Source of the DNA: Eledone cirrhosa
Lineage: Eukaryota
Direction: 5' to 3'
Assembly (NCBI GenBank): GCA_964016885.1
Contig: OZ024740.1
Span: 292,826,001-292,890,000 of the forward strand
Length of the DNA: 64,000 nucleotides
This document shows, one piece after another, positions 1-13,700 of this stretch; position 1 is the stretch's first letter; every line of letters starts with the position of its first letter. The notes below the pieces were generated by a model. That model was not told where the DNA came from, ran no database searches, and saw only the letters and a list, made by a program, of their open reading frames with translations. The translations under genes were made by a program, and so were the position numbers.

Positions 1-107
1 GAAAAAACAAAGAACAGCATTTGTTAGTGGAATAAATGTATTGCGATGTATCATTTGTTATAAAGCTGTATAATTCAGCGGCAAACAAATGTCATATGTA
101 ACCTCTA

Positions 108-425
108 GAGTAGCGATAGCAGAACTCCGTCTGTTACGACGACGAGTGTTCCAATTAATACGATCAACGGAACAGCCTATTCGTGAAATTAACATGCAAG
201 TGGCTTACACAAGAGCATTACACAAGAAGGTGTACCCATAACGTAGTTCTCAGAGAGATTCAGTGTAACACAGAATGTGACAAGGCTGCCGTTCGAATTA
301 CAGGAATAACTCATTTTTGCCAGCTGAGTGGACTAGAGCAACGTGAAATAAAGTGTCTTGCTCAATGAAACAGCGTACCGCCGCGAATCGAAATCACAAC
401 TTTACAATCTTGAGCCTAACCACTA
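108..425 (-). mobile_element. tRNA-derived CORE-type SINE
   Basis: Minus strand has ttgagcaagacactttatttcacgttgctctagtccactcagctggcaaaaatgagt, a CORE-like block also seen at about 34075-34120, 39490-39565 and 46530-46590. Confidence 0.6.
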
Positions 426-985
426 AGAACACGCTCCTTCACCATAACCTCTAAAGTAGAAAGAAACAGAATTGCATACGAAACAAATAAGTGGTTGTTT
501 TGGCAGAGTTATCAAAGCGTCGGATATTTGTTCCGTGTCTTTGAGTCGTGATTTTAAACCATACCGAGTTTCATGTTGTCTTTCATTATCAGCTTTCTCT
601 TTTCCAGATCTTGGACGTTCTTCTAGATGAAGAGAATGTCTGTGGTTGCTCACCTAAAACTCTTAATGAAAGCATGGTACATACTATCAAGTCACACTCG
701 TCTTCGAGTGACGACTGTTGTGTTTAGTATGCTATACACAGAGCATTGCGATAATGCATATCATCATGGTAAAAATAAAGTTTAGTTAGCATGCAGAATC
801 GAATCGAAATCCTAAAATGAAATCCATATGTATAGCTAATACATCTATATATAGCTATATTGTACGAGGATCTATATTTTAATACGTGCCTCATCCACCC
901 CATAGAATTTTTGTAATCCCTAATACCGCTATCAAAACATTTCAAATTCTTCAATTTATGGTTTATGAAAGAGAGGTCAACTTAC

Positions 986-1221
986 CGTCATCGTTTATAA
1001 TGGTGACCATATTGATGGCTACCTTGCCCAAAACTACTCGGTCGTTGTCGGTGGAATCCAAATACAGCTTAATGTAGAAGAACTCATCGGGTTCCCAAAC
1101 GTCATCATCAATGATCTCCACGTGGATTTCTTTAGAAGTCTCGTTTGGCTCAAAAACTACCGTCTGTTTGATTGGTCTGTAGTCACTTCCAGATTCTGCC
1201 GTCCCATCGCAGGTTTCCACC
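986..1221 (-). CDS. SLC8A: Internal exon of a Na+/Ca2+ exchanger (NCX/SLC8-like) gene, C-terminal part of Calx-beta Ca2+-binding domain
   Basis: Encodes (R)VETCDGTAESGSDYRPIKQTVVFEPNETSKEIHVEIIDDDVWEPDEFFYIKL...VTIINDD, matching NCX CBD1 motifs (DGTA..G.DY, IIDDD.FE.DE.F, TI.DDD). Acceptor ctactacag ends at 1222, donor gtaag starts at 985. Split Arg codon joins in phase with exon 16000-16208. Paralogue identity not determinable. Confidence 0.85.
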
Positions 1222-1318
1222 CTGTAGTAGAATAAAGGGGTCACTGAAAAAAGAATGACTAAGGAAAATTTAACAAGAACACTTCCAAATTCTTATTTAC
1301 ATTCCTTTCCGCGATATA

Positions 1319-1486
1319 CCAGATTTCCCGAGGCCGAAGACGCTTCGTCCTCGAGGACGCACCCTAACTTTGACAACAAAAATTTGGAAAAAAAATAATA
1401 AACAACCTTCGGCCTCCAGGACGTATGGTAGATTTTTGATACTTATTTTAGGAAAGAAGTAGCGTCTTCGACACCGGGAAACACGG
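1319..1486. mobile_element. Tc1/mariner-pogo-type MITE
   Basis: Imperfect ~25-bp TIRs ccagatttcccgaggccgaagacgc / gcgtcttcgacaccgggaaacacgg, flanked by TA on both sides. Confidence 0.65.
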
Positions 1487-1739
1487 TACTTATATTCCAT
1501 TTATATCTATTATTAGTATTGTTGATGAAATCCAGTCAGCCCTAGCGGAACCAGCAGACCTATAATAAAAGGGGCTCAAGCTAAGATCCTTTCGTCCTTT
1601 TCGTGGAGATTGTATATTTAAGAATACATTGTTGAATGAACCTTATTCTTACCAAGTTATATTTTGAGGAAGACATTGCTTTTATTTCTAGTAAAACAAG
1701 CGACCATGTAGATGTTCTATTTTAGACTAATTTTGTTGA

Positions 1740-2070
1740 TGTTGTTGCTTGTGGTGGTGATAGTAGTGGTGGTGGCAGTGGTGAGTGTGGTGGTTGTGAT
1801 AGATGTTGTGTGTGAGGTGGGTGTAGCGCTGCTGGTGGTAATGGTGATGATGGGTGTGGTGGTTGTGATGGCGATGACGGTGATGGTAGTGGTGGGTGTA
1901 GTCGTTGTGGCGGTTGTAGTGATTATGGTAGTGGTTGGTGTGGTGGTGGTGGTAGTGGTGGGTGTGGTGGTTGTGATGGTGATGGTAGTGGTGGGTGTGG
2001 TGGGTATGGTGATAATGGTAGTGGTGGGTATTGTGGTTGTAGCGGTGATGGTGGTGGTTATGGGGATTAT
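1740..2070. repeat. Degenerate (GGT/GTG)n trinucleotide tract
   Basis: Direct inspection. Explains the poly-Val ORF 1712..2074. Confidence 0.9.
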
Positions 2071-2581
2071 GTAAATGTTATCAATAACAAGAATGACTTA
2101 AAGACTGAATACGAAATTTCGGAGAAACCGCGTATATTTTGGTTGTAACCACGTATAAATATTTACAAGGAAACGCATCAGAAAGCTTAATAAAACAAAA
2201 TAAGATTCTACGGTTTCTTATCCTTTTCAAATTTACGAGAATATAATAAAACTCCCACCACAATGGAAGCGAGGAAATACATGAAATATATGACACTGAG
2301 CTCTCTCAAAAGAACCTTGTAAATCCTAACTAACACACACACAAAAAAAAAACGAAATAAATAGACAAGTAAAATAAAAAGGTTGTACATGAGTAGTTGT
2401 ATATAAATCGACAAAGAATATTTACAATTTTAGAGCAAATAAAGCACACCAAAAGCTTGGATTGCATCCATCTAATTCAAGAGAGAGAAACCCACGCTTA
2501 GTACTTTCTACACAAAAAAAAAGAACAAAGAAGCAAACAAACAGTAGAAAGCGTCAACAGATAACAGTTGTTATATATGCA

Positions 2582-2900
2582 GAAACCCGAGTTCAAATCC
2601 CGCCGAGGTTAGTTTTGCCTTTCATCCTTATGGGGTCGATAAAATAAAGTACCAGTAATGTACTAGGATAATTGCTGGTCTGGTGCCAAAAGTAGAAACA
2701 ATTATTTCGTCCGACAACATGCTTAGCGGCGAGATAGAGTTATGGTCATTTACGTTCTGAGTTCAAATCCCACCGAGGTTAGCTTTGGTTTTCATCCTTA
2801 CGGGGTCGATAAATAAAGTACCAGTAATGCACCGAGGTCAATTTAATCGACTTTCTCTTTCCTCCAAAATTGTTGGCCTTGTTCCTAAATCAAAAACCAT
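2582..2900 (+). mobile_element. Two tandem tRNA-derived SINE copies (Meta-domain-like family)
   Basis: B-box gagttcaaatccc followed by gcctttcatccttatggggtcgataaaataaagtaccag, at about 2590 and 2760. Confidence 0.75.
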
Positions 2901-3404
2901 TATTTATATCACTACTAACAGTAAGAAAATATTCTTGAGATATAATCTTTCCAGATATATCTAGAATATATCAATACAGAACATATGAAGATGGAAAGCC
3001 CAAAAGGATGTTGGTAGATGGTGAGAATATAAACTGCTGCCAAACTGAAACACAACTGACCTGATATTCTGTTGCGAAAGTTAGCTGCCCACTTGATGTC
3101 AATATAGCTTTTTTAGTCTTTATATTTGGAACAATAGAATATAGACACACTCAATTCAATCTTATTAAAAGTATTTCTGAAAATAGATTATTGGAGAAAG
3201 AACGTAGCTACAGATTATTACAATATCAGACATAATAATCCTCCAAAATATTTCTTGACATTTAAAAGGACAATAGATTCGCTACGAATGACAACAATCC
3301 CGATTCTATTTTATTCTTAAGATATTTTCATTACGACCTGGCCATCTAGCAATTGTCCAGTCAAAGCAAATTCGAAAATCCAATCAGGAAGAGAAAACAT
3401 ACAT

Positions 3405-3700
3405 ACATCATCATCATGAGAGCTTAGCTTCGCGAACGGAGATTATGAAGGGGGTGGTCTACATTGACTGCAGGCACACTCTTGGCATCTCAGGCCAATT
3501 CGAGACAGGCCGACACGGCTGCAGCGGCTGCAGTTGAAGGTCTGGTCTGGTTTTAATAACATGGTGTTGTGGTTCTTCCTCCTGTGACTTTTATCCTTGG
3601 GGGTGGCTGTGCGGGTGTTTTCGAATGGTTGATGTTGAGACGCCAGGCGGAGACCACTGGTGATAGTCGATGTGACAGGCACCAAGGGATTTTTTCAGAC
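3405..3700 (-). mobile_element. 3' fragment of RTE/BovB-like LINE
   Basis: C-terminal TFNCSRCSRVGLSRIGLRCQECAC motif typical of RTE-BovB, short 3' UTR and (ATG)n tail. Confidence 0.65.
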
Positions 3701-4950
3701 AGTCATTGTATCACTTCCTTGTTCCGAACCACTAAGCGTAGAAGACTATCTATAGAACAAATCTGTTTACATGAGGCAGATAACATTATGAGAATTGGGA
3801 AGGAGATCCTTGAGAAATACTCTTTGTATGACAACCAAAAACTCACTCCCAGAGAAGCTGCACGGCAATACCACAAAAAATCCATAGATGAAACATTGCA
3901 TGCTTATCAGTAGTAAATCATGCATGAATATGTTGCCAGGAAACTTCAAAATGAGAGTAATATAGATAATGAAAGTAGTATATCCTGGACCCAAAATCGC
4001 TATATTGGCTCTCATTTGGAAGGATATGCTTTTGCAATCCCAAAACAGAAAATAACTACAAAATATATTATGCACAAAAGAGATAGGAATGCAGACAAAA
4101 CAGATAGATGTGACAATATATGCAAACTCTGCGGAATTAACAAATAATATGTCACCCACATCATTATCAGCTGTCCAAATATGTCATCACAATACTATCT
4201 ACCTATGGCGAATGATTTAGTGGCCAACAGACTATACAAAACAATCCTTAGGAAGGATAGCCCTGAAAATTGATATAATATATAAAAAGCTACAGTGAAG
4301 TGGAAGCCTTATGATACATAATATGAAAGAGTATTGGGGTAATGTTCTCATCAAAACCTCAGTAAAATGCAAACATAACCGACCAAACAGTGATATGAGA
4401 CAGAGAAAAGAAGGCATGCACAGCAGTGGAAGACAGCTTCCCAGCAGGTGTCAGTATAATACTATAGATTCGCAAAAAGGAGAATATCTATGTTGAACTA
4501 ATAAGGAATCTGCAAATATTCCACTGAGACTTTAGATTTGTACCTGGGATAATTGGGGATGTGTTACTAGTTGCCTCAGTAGAAATCTTGAGAAGCTGGG
4601 CTTCACAGAACCAGAAAGGGTAGAGATAATTAGAAAATTGTAAATACAGGAACTAAATATGTGTAAAACATTTAAGAAATTCAGTATGTAATAACTGCAT
4701 ATAGACATGTATAGATACAAACCCATATACACATATATAACCTACATAACAAACCTATATAACAAACCTATATAACACAAAACATACCGATCTACACATG
4801 CAATACCACCTATACCGGTACACACACACGCACACGTAGACATACATATATATTTACCTAGTTCCAATGAAAGAGTCCTGTGTCTATGTTAGAAACCGAC
4901 TCTTTCTAAATGAATGAACATTTATAAAATAATAAAACCTGAAGTAAAGG
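3700..4950 (+). mobile_element. Decayed 3' half of a restriction-like-endonuclease LINE (R4/Dong-related)
   Basis: Broken frames encode EGYAFAI..Q.I.TK, C.LC zinc knuckle and KHNRP. The 3' UTR hairpin gaaagagtc/gactctttc (4869-4906) runs into (CATA)n. A second copy of the 3' end lies at about 5325-5412. Confidence 0.6.
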
Positions 4951-5057
4951 CATACATGCATACATACATATATTACATACATACAAACATACATACATAC
5001 ATACACACATACATACATACATACATACATACATACATACATACATACATACATACA

Positions 5058-5091
<34 letters not shown>

Positions 5092-5151
5092 CATACATAC
5101 ATTACATACATTACATACATACAAACATACATACATACATACATACATACA

Positions 5152-5187
<36 letters not shown>

Positions 5188-5200
5188 CATATACACATGT
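4951..5200. repeat. (CATA)n microsatellite
   Basis: Direct inspection. A similar degenerate tract lies at 6860-7070. Confidence 0.95.
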
Positions 5201-5426
5201 ACAGATACAAAACATATGCACATGCACACACATATAACTCAAAATATTCACATCCACACATACAATAACATCCATACCTGCACACACATGCAGACATGCA
5301 TGTGCATGTATCTAGTTGATGTCTAAATTCCAATGAACGAGTCTTGTGTCTATGTTAGAAACCGATTCTCTCTCTATTAGTAAACATTTATAAAATCATA
5401 AAACCAGAAGAACATACATACATACA

Positions 5427-5765
5427 TGGTGGCTGCCCCCTCATTATCGTGTATGGCCATTGCACGATATACCATTATCAATAATTATTAATTCATTCTA
5501 TCTTGCAATGCCTGTGTGTGAAGATATTTTTTAAAGTGAGGAAAGACTGTGCACTGAGTCAATCCCACTCTCTGAGCGACAGTAGCTATAACCCGAAAAG
5601 AAGAAAAGATCAATATCATCGGTAACTACTGAGCCGTAGGTTTCATATCGGAGTTATACCAGTTTCCTGAGTTGCCTTCTCCTAGAAGAATGCCCTGACA
5701 AAGACTAGGGGTCCTTCACTCCCAGTGGTTTAACTGCGCGATCGGGTATCCGGCCCGACTATTTC
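5427..5765 (-). mobile_element. Non-autonomous RTE-derived element
   Basis: 3' end ggcagccacc abuts (ATGT)n. Carries the tctaggagaaggcaactc motif of RTE 5' UTRs. Related to 23168-23764. Confidence 0.5.
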
Positions 5766-7419
5766 AATACATACATACATAAATATATACATACATAAGT
5801 ATACAACTTTCTCTGTAAATTTGTGGACAAAGAGCGCAGCTCCCTAATTCATAGACTACAAATAGGTGCGATAGCTGGCACTTTTAAAATTTGCAAAACA
5901 TTCTTGCGATTCAAGGGATGACAATTTCTTTGCTTTTACAATCATGCCACCAGGAAGGTGGCCGGTCAAAAATGTACGCGAAATTAAGCGAAAGAGAAAC
6001 ATACATACATGTATACGTAAGTATGAATGTAGTCATACATACGTACACATATTATATACATACATGGAGATAACTTGTTGAAAATATCAATGATAGCGAG
6101 TTAAATAAGTAATTACGCTTCAATCAAACCACACCCATGTATCACATTTAAAATGTTTGAGCTATAAAATTCAATAGGATCAATAAATCTGTAGAGCCAC
6201 TATTTTTTTCAGAGCATGTCAATATTCCTTGCGCGCTATGCTGCTTATTTGTGCAAAATTATATGTATTAATTCATCCAGATTATATGCTTTCTAAGAAG
6301 GTAGTAATCTTTAGCCAATGAATGAGGAATGCACAAATTCAATACCTCAAACAAACCTTTCTACTCTTTATTTGTGGAACTAAAGATGTACAAATATCAA
6401 ACCGAATTAATGTGTTTCTGAAAATGGATTGTTGGAGAAAGAATACAGCTTTCTAATTTATGCGCTTCAGACAAATACGATATCAGAGACAACAGAAATT
6501 TGCTTCATACTTCTTAAATTTAAAACGTGAATTTTTGCACTAAGAATGGTGAAAACAAAATTCCTTCTTTCTTCCGTTCCTTTACAACCTTATATATCCA
6601 TGAAACTTAGTCGGGGACCAGTCAAAATAAACTCTAAAATTCCAAGTAGAACAAAAAATGCATATATATATACATACATTAAATGTTAAGCTTCAAATGG
6701 TTTCGATATCTGTAGCTTCCAAATTTTGTAAAACATTTTTAAGATTTAAAAGATGAACGATTGCACAAGGGACGACGGACATTTCCTTTTTTTTTTCAAA
6801 CCTTGCCCACCGGTGACCAGGCTAAATATACTCTAAATTAGGATTAAGAGACATACATTCAAATATGCATGCATACATACATACAAATATGCATATATAC
6901 ATACACACAAATATGCATGCATACATACATATATGCATACATACATACATGCATACATACATACATACATGCATACATACATATATGCATATATACAAAC
7001 ATACATACACACATACATACATACATGCATACAAACATACACACATACATACATATTCACACATACATACGTGTTGAAAATGTCGAAGATAAAGAGCTAA
7101 ATGTAATTAGACTTCAATCAAACCACACCCAGGTATCATACCCAGAATGTTTGAGCAGTAGAATTCACTAGTTGTATTAATGTATTTACGATTTGTTGTT
7201 TCAACAGCTAATCAAATTTCCTCACGTATTGTTATGGGGCTTCTATCTGGTCAATAAACGCATAATTACTTACGAACACATACTCACTCATACACAAACG
7301 CTCACAAATATTTTATACATATATATTTCTAAATGTTTGTGACCGTGTAATGGTTCGCCTGGTATTTTACCACACCCCATATATATATATATATATATAT
7401 ATCTATATATATATCTATA

Positions 7420-7496
<77 letters not shown>

Positions 7497-7500
<4 letters not shown>

Positions 7501-7682
7501 AAGTATGACCCCAACGGCAGAGCTCAAGCCGTTTCGACGGCTATTTCTGGACTAAATAGCCGTCGAAACGGCTTGAGCTCTGCCGTCGGAGTCATACTTT
7601 CTCCTATTACCCACTCTACTACCCTAAGTATTGAGTACTCTGGTGCATTATGGTCCATCTGGTTCCTTACCACAACTCCTCC

Positions 7683-7683
<1 letters not shown>
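7497..7683 (+). mobile_element. Fold-back element in (TA)n, family A (PLE-derived, inferred)
   Basis: ~50-bp arms gagaaagtatgacc...ggctattt / aaatagcc...gtcatactttctc plus ~75-nt tail (ctattacccactct...ttaccaca). Homologues at 34428, 44871 and 45075. Tail-only copy at about 7335-7378. Confidence 0.7.
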
Positions 7684-7727
<44 letters not shown>

Positions 7728-7747
7728 GTGTGTGTGTACATATACGC

Positions 7748-8393
7748 ACGAAGGAACTTAAATTAATACAATATTTGTTATTCCAATGTCTTGGAATTAC
7801 TGATGTTGTATGTTGAGTTCCAGAAACCATGGTCCGGTATTATAGAAGTTAAAACCGACCTTTTTAGCTGATTTGGCTTGTATCCCTCCAAAATGAGACT
7901 TTGGCTTAAGTTTAATATATTTAATACTTCTCTGAATAGATAATTTATTAATATATCTTGTCCTTTCATTGAGATGTTTATGCATTAGAGACAGTTAACT
8001 TTATAGAGTTATAAATTAATATTGATTGCTCCATCATTGTTAAACTGACTTAGACGGTTTTGGCTGCTCTTTCCAACGTCAATATAAGCTCGTCGTATTG
8101 TCGTAATACATTAATTAGGAAATATTCATACAATAATTCAGCGTTGCAACGCATTGTTCACCATTCCGCCTATTGGTGGCACTATTTTCAACTTGTCCCC
8201 TCATTCCTAAGAAGAATTCACTTCCTGATGAAGGAACTTAATTTCTTTCAGTATTGGTTATTCCAATGTCTAGAAATTGGGGATGTATCTTGAGTTCCAG
8301 AAATCAATGTCGAGGTATTATATAAGTTTAAATCGACTTTGCTTAGACGACTTGTCTTATGTTCCCACAAAAAGAGATTTTGGCTTAATTTTC
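7748..8393 (+). mobile_element. PLE remnant with tandem pseudo-LTR-like direct repeats
   Basis: 7748-7920 and 8229-8393 are diverged direct repeats, each with hammerhead stems II and III. Ends in (TA)n. Confidence 0.6.
8220..8316 (+). ncRNA. Type I hammerhead ribozyme motif with long stem II
   Basis: acttc-CTGATGA(8225)-aggaactta...tgagttcca-GAAA(8300)-tcaatg-TC-gaggt. Stem I acttc/gaggt, stem II ggaactta/tgagttcc, minimal stem III, GUC site. Confidence 0.7.
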
Positions 8394-8394
8394 A

Positions 8395-8557
<163 letters not shown>

Positions 8558-9294
8558 CTTAATAAAAAGAATAATTAGATTGTATTTTGATACTGAGTGC
8601 TATTTTCTCTCGGCCGTCGAAAAAATATATTTAGGAATATGAAGAAAAAAAGGTGAAAATTCACTTTAGATCTTCGAGGAAGATTTGTTTACAATTGCAT
8701 ATATATATATATATATATGAATAAAGTTAGTCCTTCATCAGTGATCTTCCAACCTTCATTGGTATTTCATCGCTTTAAAGACCATATACCTCCGGTTGGT
8801 GCGAGCAACGGCTAAAGAAAGTTGTTGGGGGCACGTAAATAAGGGGAACGAGCGAGACTGTAAACAAACAAAGGTGGTAATGCAACGAAAAGTGAGGAAG
8901 AAAGAGTCAAGTCCCAGATTTCCATGAATATAAGTTCGGTGAAATCGTGAACGAGAGAGAATAAAGACCATCAAACCTAGTCGGAATGTGAGCAAGGAAG
9001 GAATTCCGCACAGGTCAAACGGGTGGAGAAGGAGTCTAGTCCCTGAATTCGGTGAACATAATTTCTGTGAAATCGTAGACAAGAGAGAAGAAAGGAACAA
9101 CCAACCTGGTCAAGCGTGCGCGAGAAAAGAATTACGCACAGGTCAAACGGGAGGAAGTAGGAGAGGTAGTAGCAGAGAGTGAGTGAGTGAAGAGTGGGGA
9201 AGAGGCTAACAGAGAGAGTGACTATTAGAGAGGGTAAAGATACAGAGAAAGAGGAAGCAGTAAGAATATATATATATAATACACACACACACAC

Positions 9295-9367
<73 letters not shown>

Positions 9368-9480
9368 CATACATATACACACATATATAAATATATAAGA
9401 CTATCAAACACGCACACATATATTATGCATACACACAATACATTAATTTGATTATGTATATATTACAAAAAGTCTGTGTT

Positions 9481-12400
9481 GAATTTTAGTTTTACACGCT
9501 AACTCCGGAGTAAATAACTATCATTTTAGTTTTACACGCTAACTCTGGAGTAAATAACTATCATTTTAGTTTTACACACTAACTCCGGAGTAAATCACTA
9601 TCATTTTAGTTTTACATACGAACTCCGGAGTAAATAACTATCATTTTAGTTTTACATACTAACTCCGGAGTAAATAACTATCATTTTAGTTTTACATACG
9701 AACTCCGGAGTAAATCACTATCATTTTAGTTTTACACACGAACTCCGGAGTAAATAACTATCATTTTAGTTTTACATACGAACTCCGGAGTAAATAACTA
9801 TCATTTTAGTTTTACATACTAACTTAAGAGTAAATCACTATCATTTTAGTTTTACACACTAACTTAAGAGTAAATCACTATCATTTTAGTTTTACACACT
9901 AACTCAAGAGTAAATCACTATCATTTTAGTTTTACATACGAACTCCGGAGTAAATAACTATCATTTTAGTTTTACATACTAACTCCGGAGTAAATCACTA
10001 TCATTTTAGTTTTACACACGAACTCCGGAGTAAATAACTATCATTTTAGTTTTACATACGAACTCCGGAGTAAATAACTATCATTTTAGTTTTACATACT
10101 AACTCAAGAGTAAATCACTATCATTTTAGTTTTACATACTAACTTAAGAGTAAATCACTATCATTTTAGTTTTACACACTAACTCAAGAGTAAATCACTA
10201 TCATTTTAGTTTTACATACTAACTTAAGAGTAAATCACTATCATTTTAGTTTTACACACTAACTCAAGAGTAAATCACTATCATTTTAGTTTTACACGCT
10301 AACTCAAGAGTAAATCACTATCATTTCAGTTTTACATACTAACTCCGGAGTAAATAACTATCATTTTAGTTTTACATACTAACTCCGGAGTAAATAACTA
10401 TCATTTTAGTTTTACATACTAACTCCGGAGTAAATAACTATCATTTTAGTTTTACATACTAACTCCGGAGTAAATAACTATCATTTTAGCTTTACATACT
10501 AACTCCGGAGTAAATAACTATCATTTTAGTTTTACACACGAACTCCGGAGTAAATAACTATCATTTTAGTTTTACACACGAACTCCGGAGTAAATAACTA
10601 TCATTTTAGTTTTACACACTAACTCCGGAGTAAATAACTATCATTTTAGTTTTACACACGAACTCCGGAGTAAATAACTATCATTTTAGTTTTACATACG
10701 AACTCCGGAGTAAATAACTATCATTTTAGTTTTACACACGAACTCCGGAGTAAATAACTATCATTTTAGTTTTACATACGAACTCCGGAGTAAATAACTA
10801 TCATTTTAGTTTTACATACGAACTCCGGAGTAAATAACTATCATTTTAGTTTTACACACTAACTCTGGAGTAAATAACTATCATTTTAGTTTTACATACG
10901 AACTCCGGAGTAAATAACTATCATTTTAGTTTTACACACGAACTCCGGAGTAAATAACTATCATTTTAGTTTTACATACGAACTCCGGAGTAAATAACTA
11001 TCATTTTAGTTTTACATACGAACTCCGGAGTAAATAACTATCATTTTAGTTTTACATACGAACTCCGGAGTAAATAACTATCATTTTAGTTTTACATACG
11101 AACTCCGGAGTAAATAACTATCATTTTAGTTTTACATACGAACTCCGGAGTAAATAACTATCATTTTAGTTTTACATACGAACTCCGGAGTAAATAACTA
11201 TCATTTTAGTTTTACATACGAACTCCGGAGTAAATAACTATCATTTTAGTTTTACATACGAACTCCGGAGTAAATAACTATCATTTTAGTTTTACACACG
11301 AACTCCGGAGTAAATAACTATCATTTTAGTTTTACATACGAACTCCGGAGTAAATAACTATCATTTTAGTTTTACATACTAACTCCGGAGTAAATAACTA
11401 TCATTTTAGCTTTACATACTAACTCCGGAGTAAATAACTATCATTTTAGTTTTACATACGAACTCCGGAGTAAATCACTATCATTTTAGTTTTACATACT
11501 AACTCCGGAGTAAATAACTATCATTTTAGTTTTACATACTAACTCCGGAGTAAATAACTATCATTTTAGTTTTACATACGAACTCCGGAGTAAATAACTA
11601 TCATTTTAGTTTTACACACGAACTCCGGAGTAAATCACTATCATTTTAGTTTTACATACGAACTCCGGAGTAAATAACTATCATTTTAGTTTTACATACG
11701 AACTCCGGAGTAAATAACTATCATTTTAGTTTTACATACGAACTCCGGAGTAAATAACTATCATTTTAGTTTTACATACGAACTCCGGAGTAAATAACTA
11801 TCATTTTAGTTTTACACACGAACTCCGGAGTAAATAACTATCATTTTAGTTTTACATACGAACTCCGGAGTAAATAACTATCATTTTAGTTTTACATACG
11901 AACTCCGGAGTAAATAACTATCATTTTAGTTTTACATACGAACTCCGGAGTAAATAACTATCATTTTAGTTTTACATACGAACTCCGGAGTAAATAACTA
12001 TCATTTTAGTTTTACATACGAACTCCGGAGTAAATAACTATCATTTTAGTTTTACACACGAACTCCGGAGTAAATAACTATCATTTTAGTTTTACATACG
12101 AACTCCGGAGTAAATAACTATCATTTTAGTTTTACATACTAACTCCGGAGTAAATAACTATCATTTTAGCTTTACATACTAACTCCGGAGTAAATAACTA
12201 TCATTTTAGTTTTACATACGAACTCCGGAGTAAATCACTATCATTTTAGTTTTACATACTAACTCCGGAGTAAATAACTATCATTTTAGTTTTACATACT
12301 AACTCCGGAGTAAATAACTATCATTTTAGTTTTACATACGAACTCCGGAGTAAATAACTATCATTTTAGTTTTACACACGAACTCCGGAGTAAATCACTA

Positions 12401-12927
12401 TCATTTTAGTTTTACACACTAACTCCGGAGTAAATAACTATCATTTTAGTTTTACACACTAACTCTGGAGTAAATAACTATCATTTTAGTTTTACACACT
12501 AACTCCGGAGTAAATAACTATCATTTTAGTTTTACACACTAACTCTGGAGTAAATAACTATCATTTTAGTTTTACACACTAACTCCGGAGTAAATAACTA
12601 TCATTTTAGTTTTACACACTAACTCCGGAGTAAATAACTATCATTTTAGTTTTACACACTAACTCCGGAGTAAATAACTATCATTTTAGTTTTACACACT
12701 AACTCTGGAGTAAATAACTATCATTTTAGTTTTACACACTAACTCTGGAGTAAATAACTATCATTTTAGTTTTACACACTAACTCTGGAGTAAATAACTA
12801 TCATTTTAGTTTTACACACTAACTCTGGAGTAAATAACTATCATTTTAGTTTTACACACTAACTCTGGAGTAAATAACTATCATTTTAGTTTTACATACT
12901 AACTCAAGAGTAAATCACTATCATTTT
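9481..12927. repeat. 40-bp minisatellite, about 86 copies
   Basis: Unit tcattttagttttacayackaactccggagtaaatmacta. Register kept without indels. Confidence 0.98.
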
Positions 12928-13189
12928 CCTAACTCTATTGAATTTAATGGAGTATAACAAACTAAAAGAAAAAGATTTTTTTATTTACACAAGAGAAACT
13001 ATCACATGTATATAAAGCTTCTAGAAACAATTAAGTTGCTGTAAGAGTAAACAAATTCACTCATTGACAGCGGCTGTTGTTGCTTAGTAACCAGCATGTA
13101 TGACATCTGCTTGATTTCGTAAGAGTTGACGTAAAAAAGTCGAATGTTAGTACACTGAGTAAACCATATGAAAACAACACTTTTCTTCT

Positions 13190-13700
13190 AAGTGGTGACG
13201 AAGGTGAGGAGGACTTTAACGATGATGTTGATGATGATAGTGATGAGGTATGGTATGAAAGGTGGGGCAATGATGGATACTGGAAGTAAGAGACATGAGG
13301 CTGCTGACAGAAGTGATGTGATTGTGATGATGATATTGATAAGGGGTAGTGTGGAAGGTGAGAGCAGTCATGGATGTTGGTAATAAGAGAGGATAAGGTT
13401 GCTGACAGAATTGATGGTGATTGTGATGATGATAACGATAGTGATGATGCCAGTGGTGTTGGTTGTGGTAATGATGGTGCTTTTAGTGTTAGTTATGAGA
13501 ATGGCAGTGATGATGATGATGGGGACGATTTATTATCATGAGAATGGGGATGGTGATAGCGATGAGGGTGTTGATGGGGGAGATTATTGTAATGCCGGTG
13601 GTAATTATGATAATGACGATGATGTTTGGTTGATGAGGCTGGAAATGGTAGTTAAAGTGATATGAAGATGATAACTGTGAAGAATTTGGGAGAGTGATGA
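13190..13700. repeat. Degenerate (GAT/GGT)-rich low-complexity tract
   Basis: Direct inspection. Confidence 0.75.

Noticed and set aside
2100-2140. ctgaata-cgaaatttcg-gaGAAAccgcgTA as a hammerhead
   Set aside because: Core and stem I too degenerate to support.
9481-12927. CRISPR-like array with palindromic repeat
   Set aside because: Units are contiguous with no unique spacers, no cas genes are present, and the context is eukaryotic intron.
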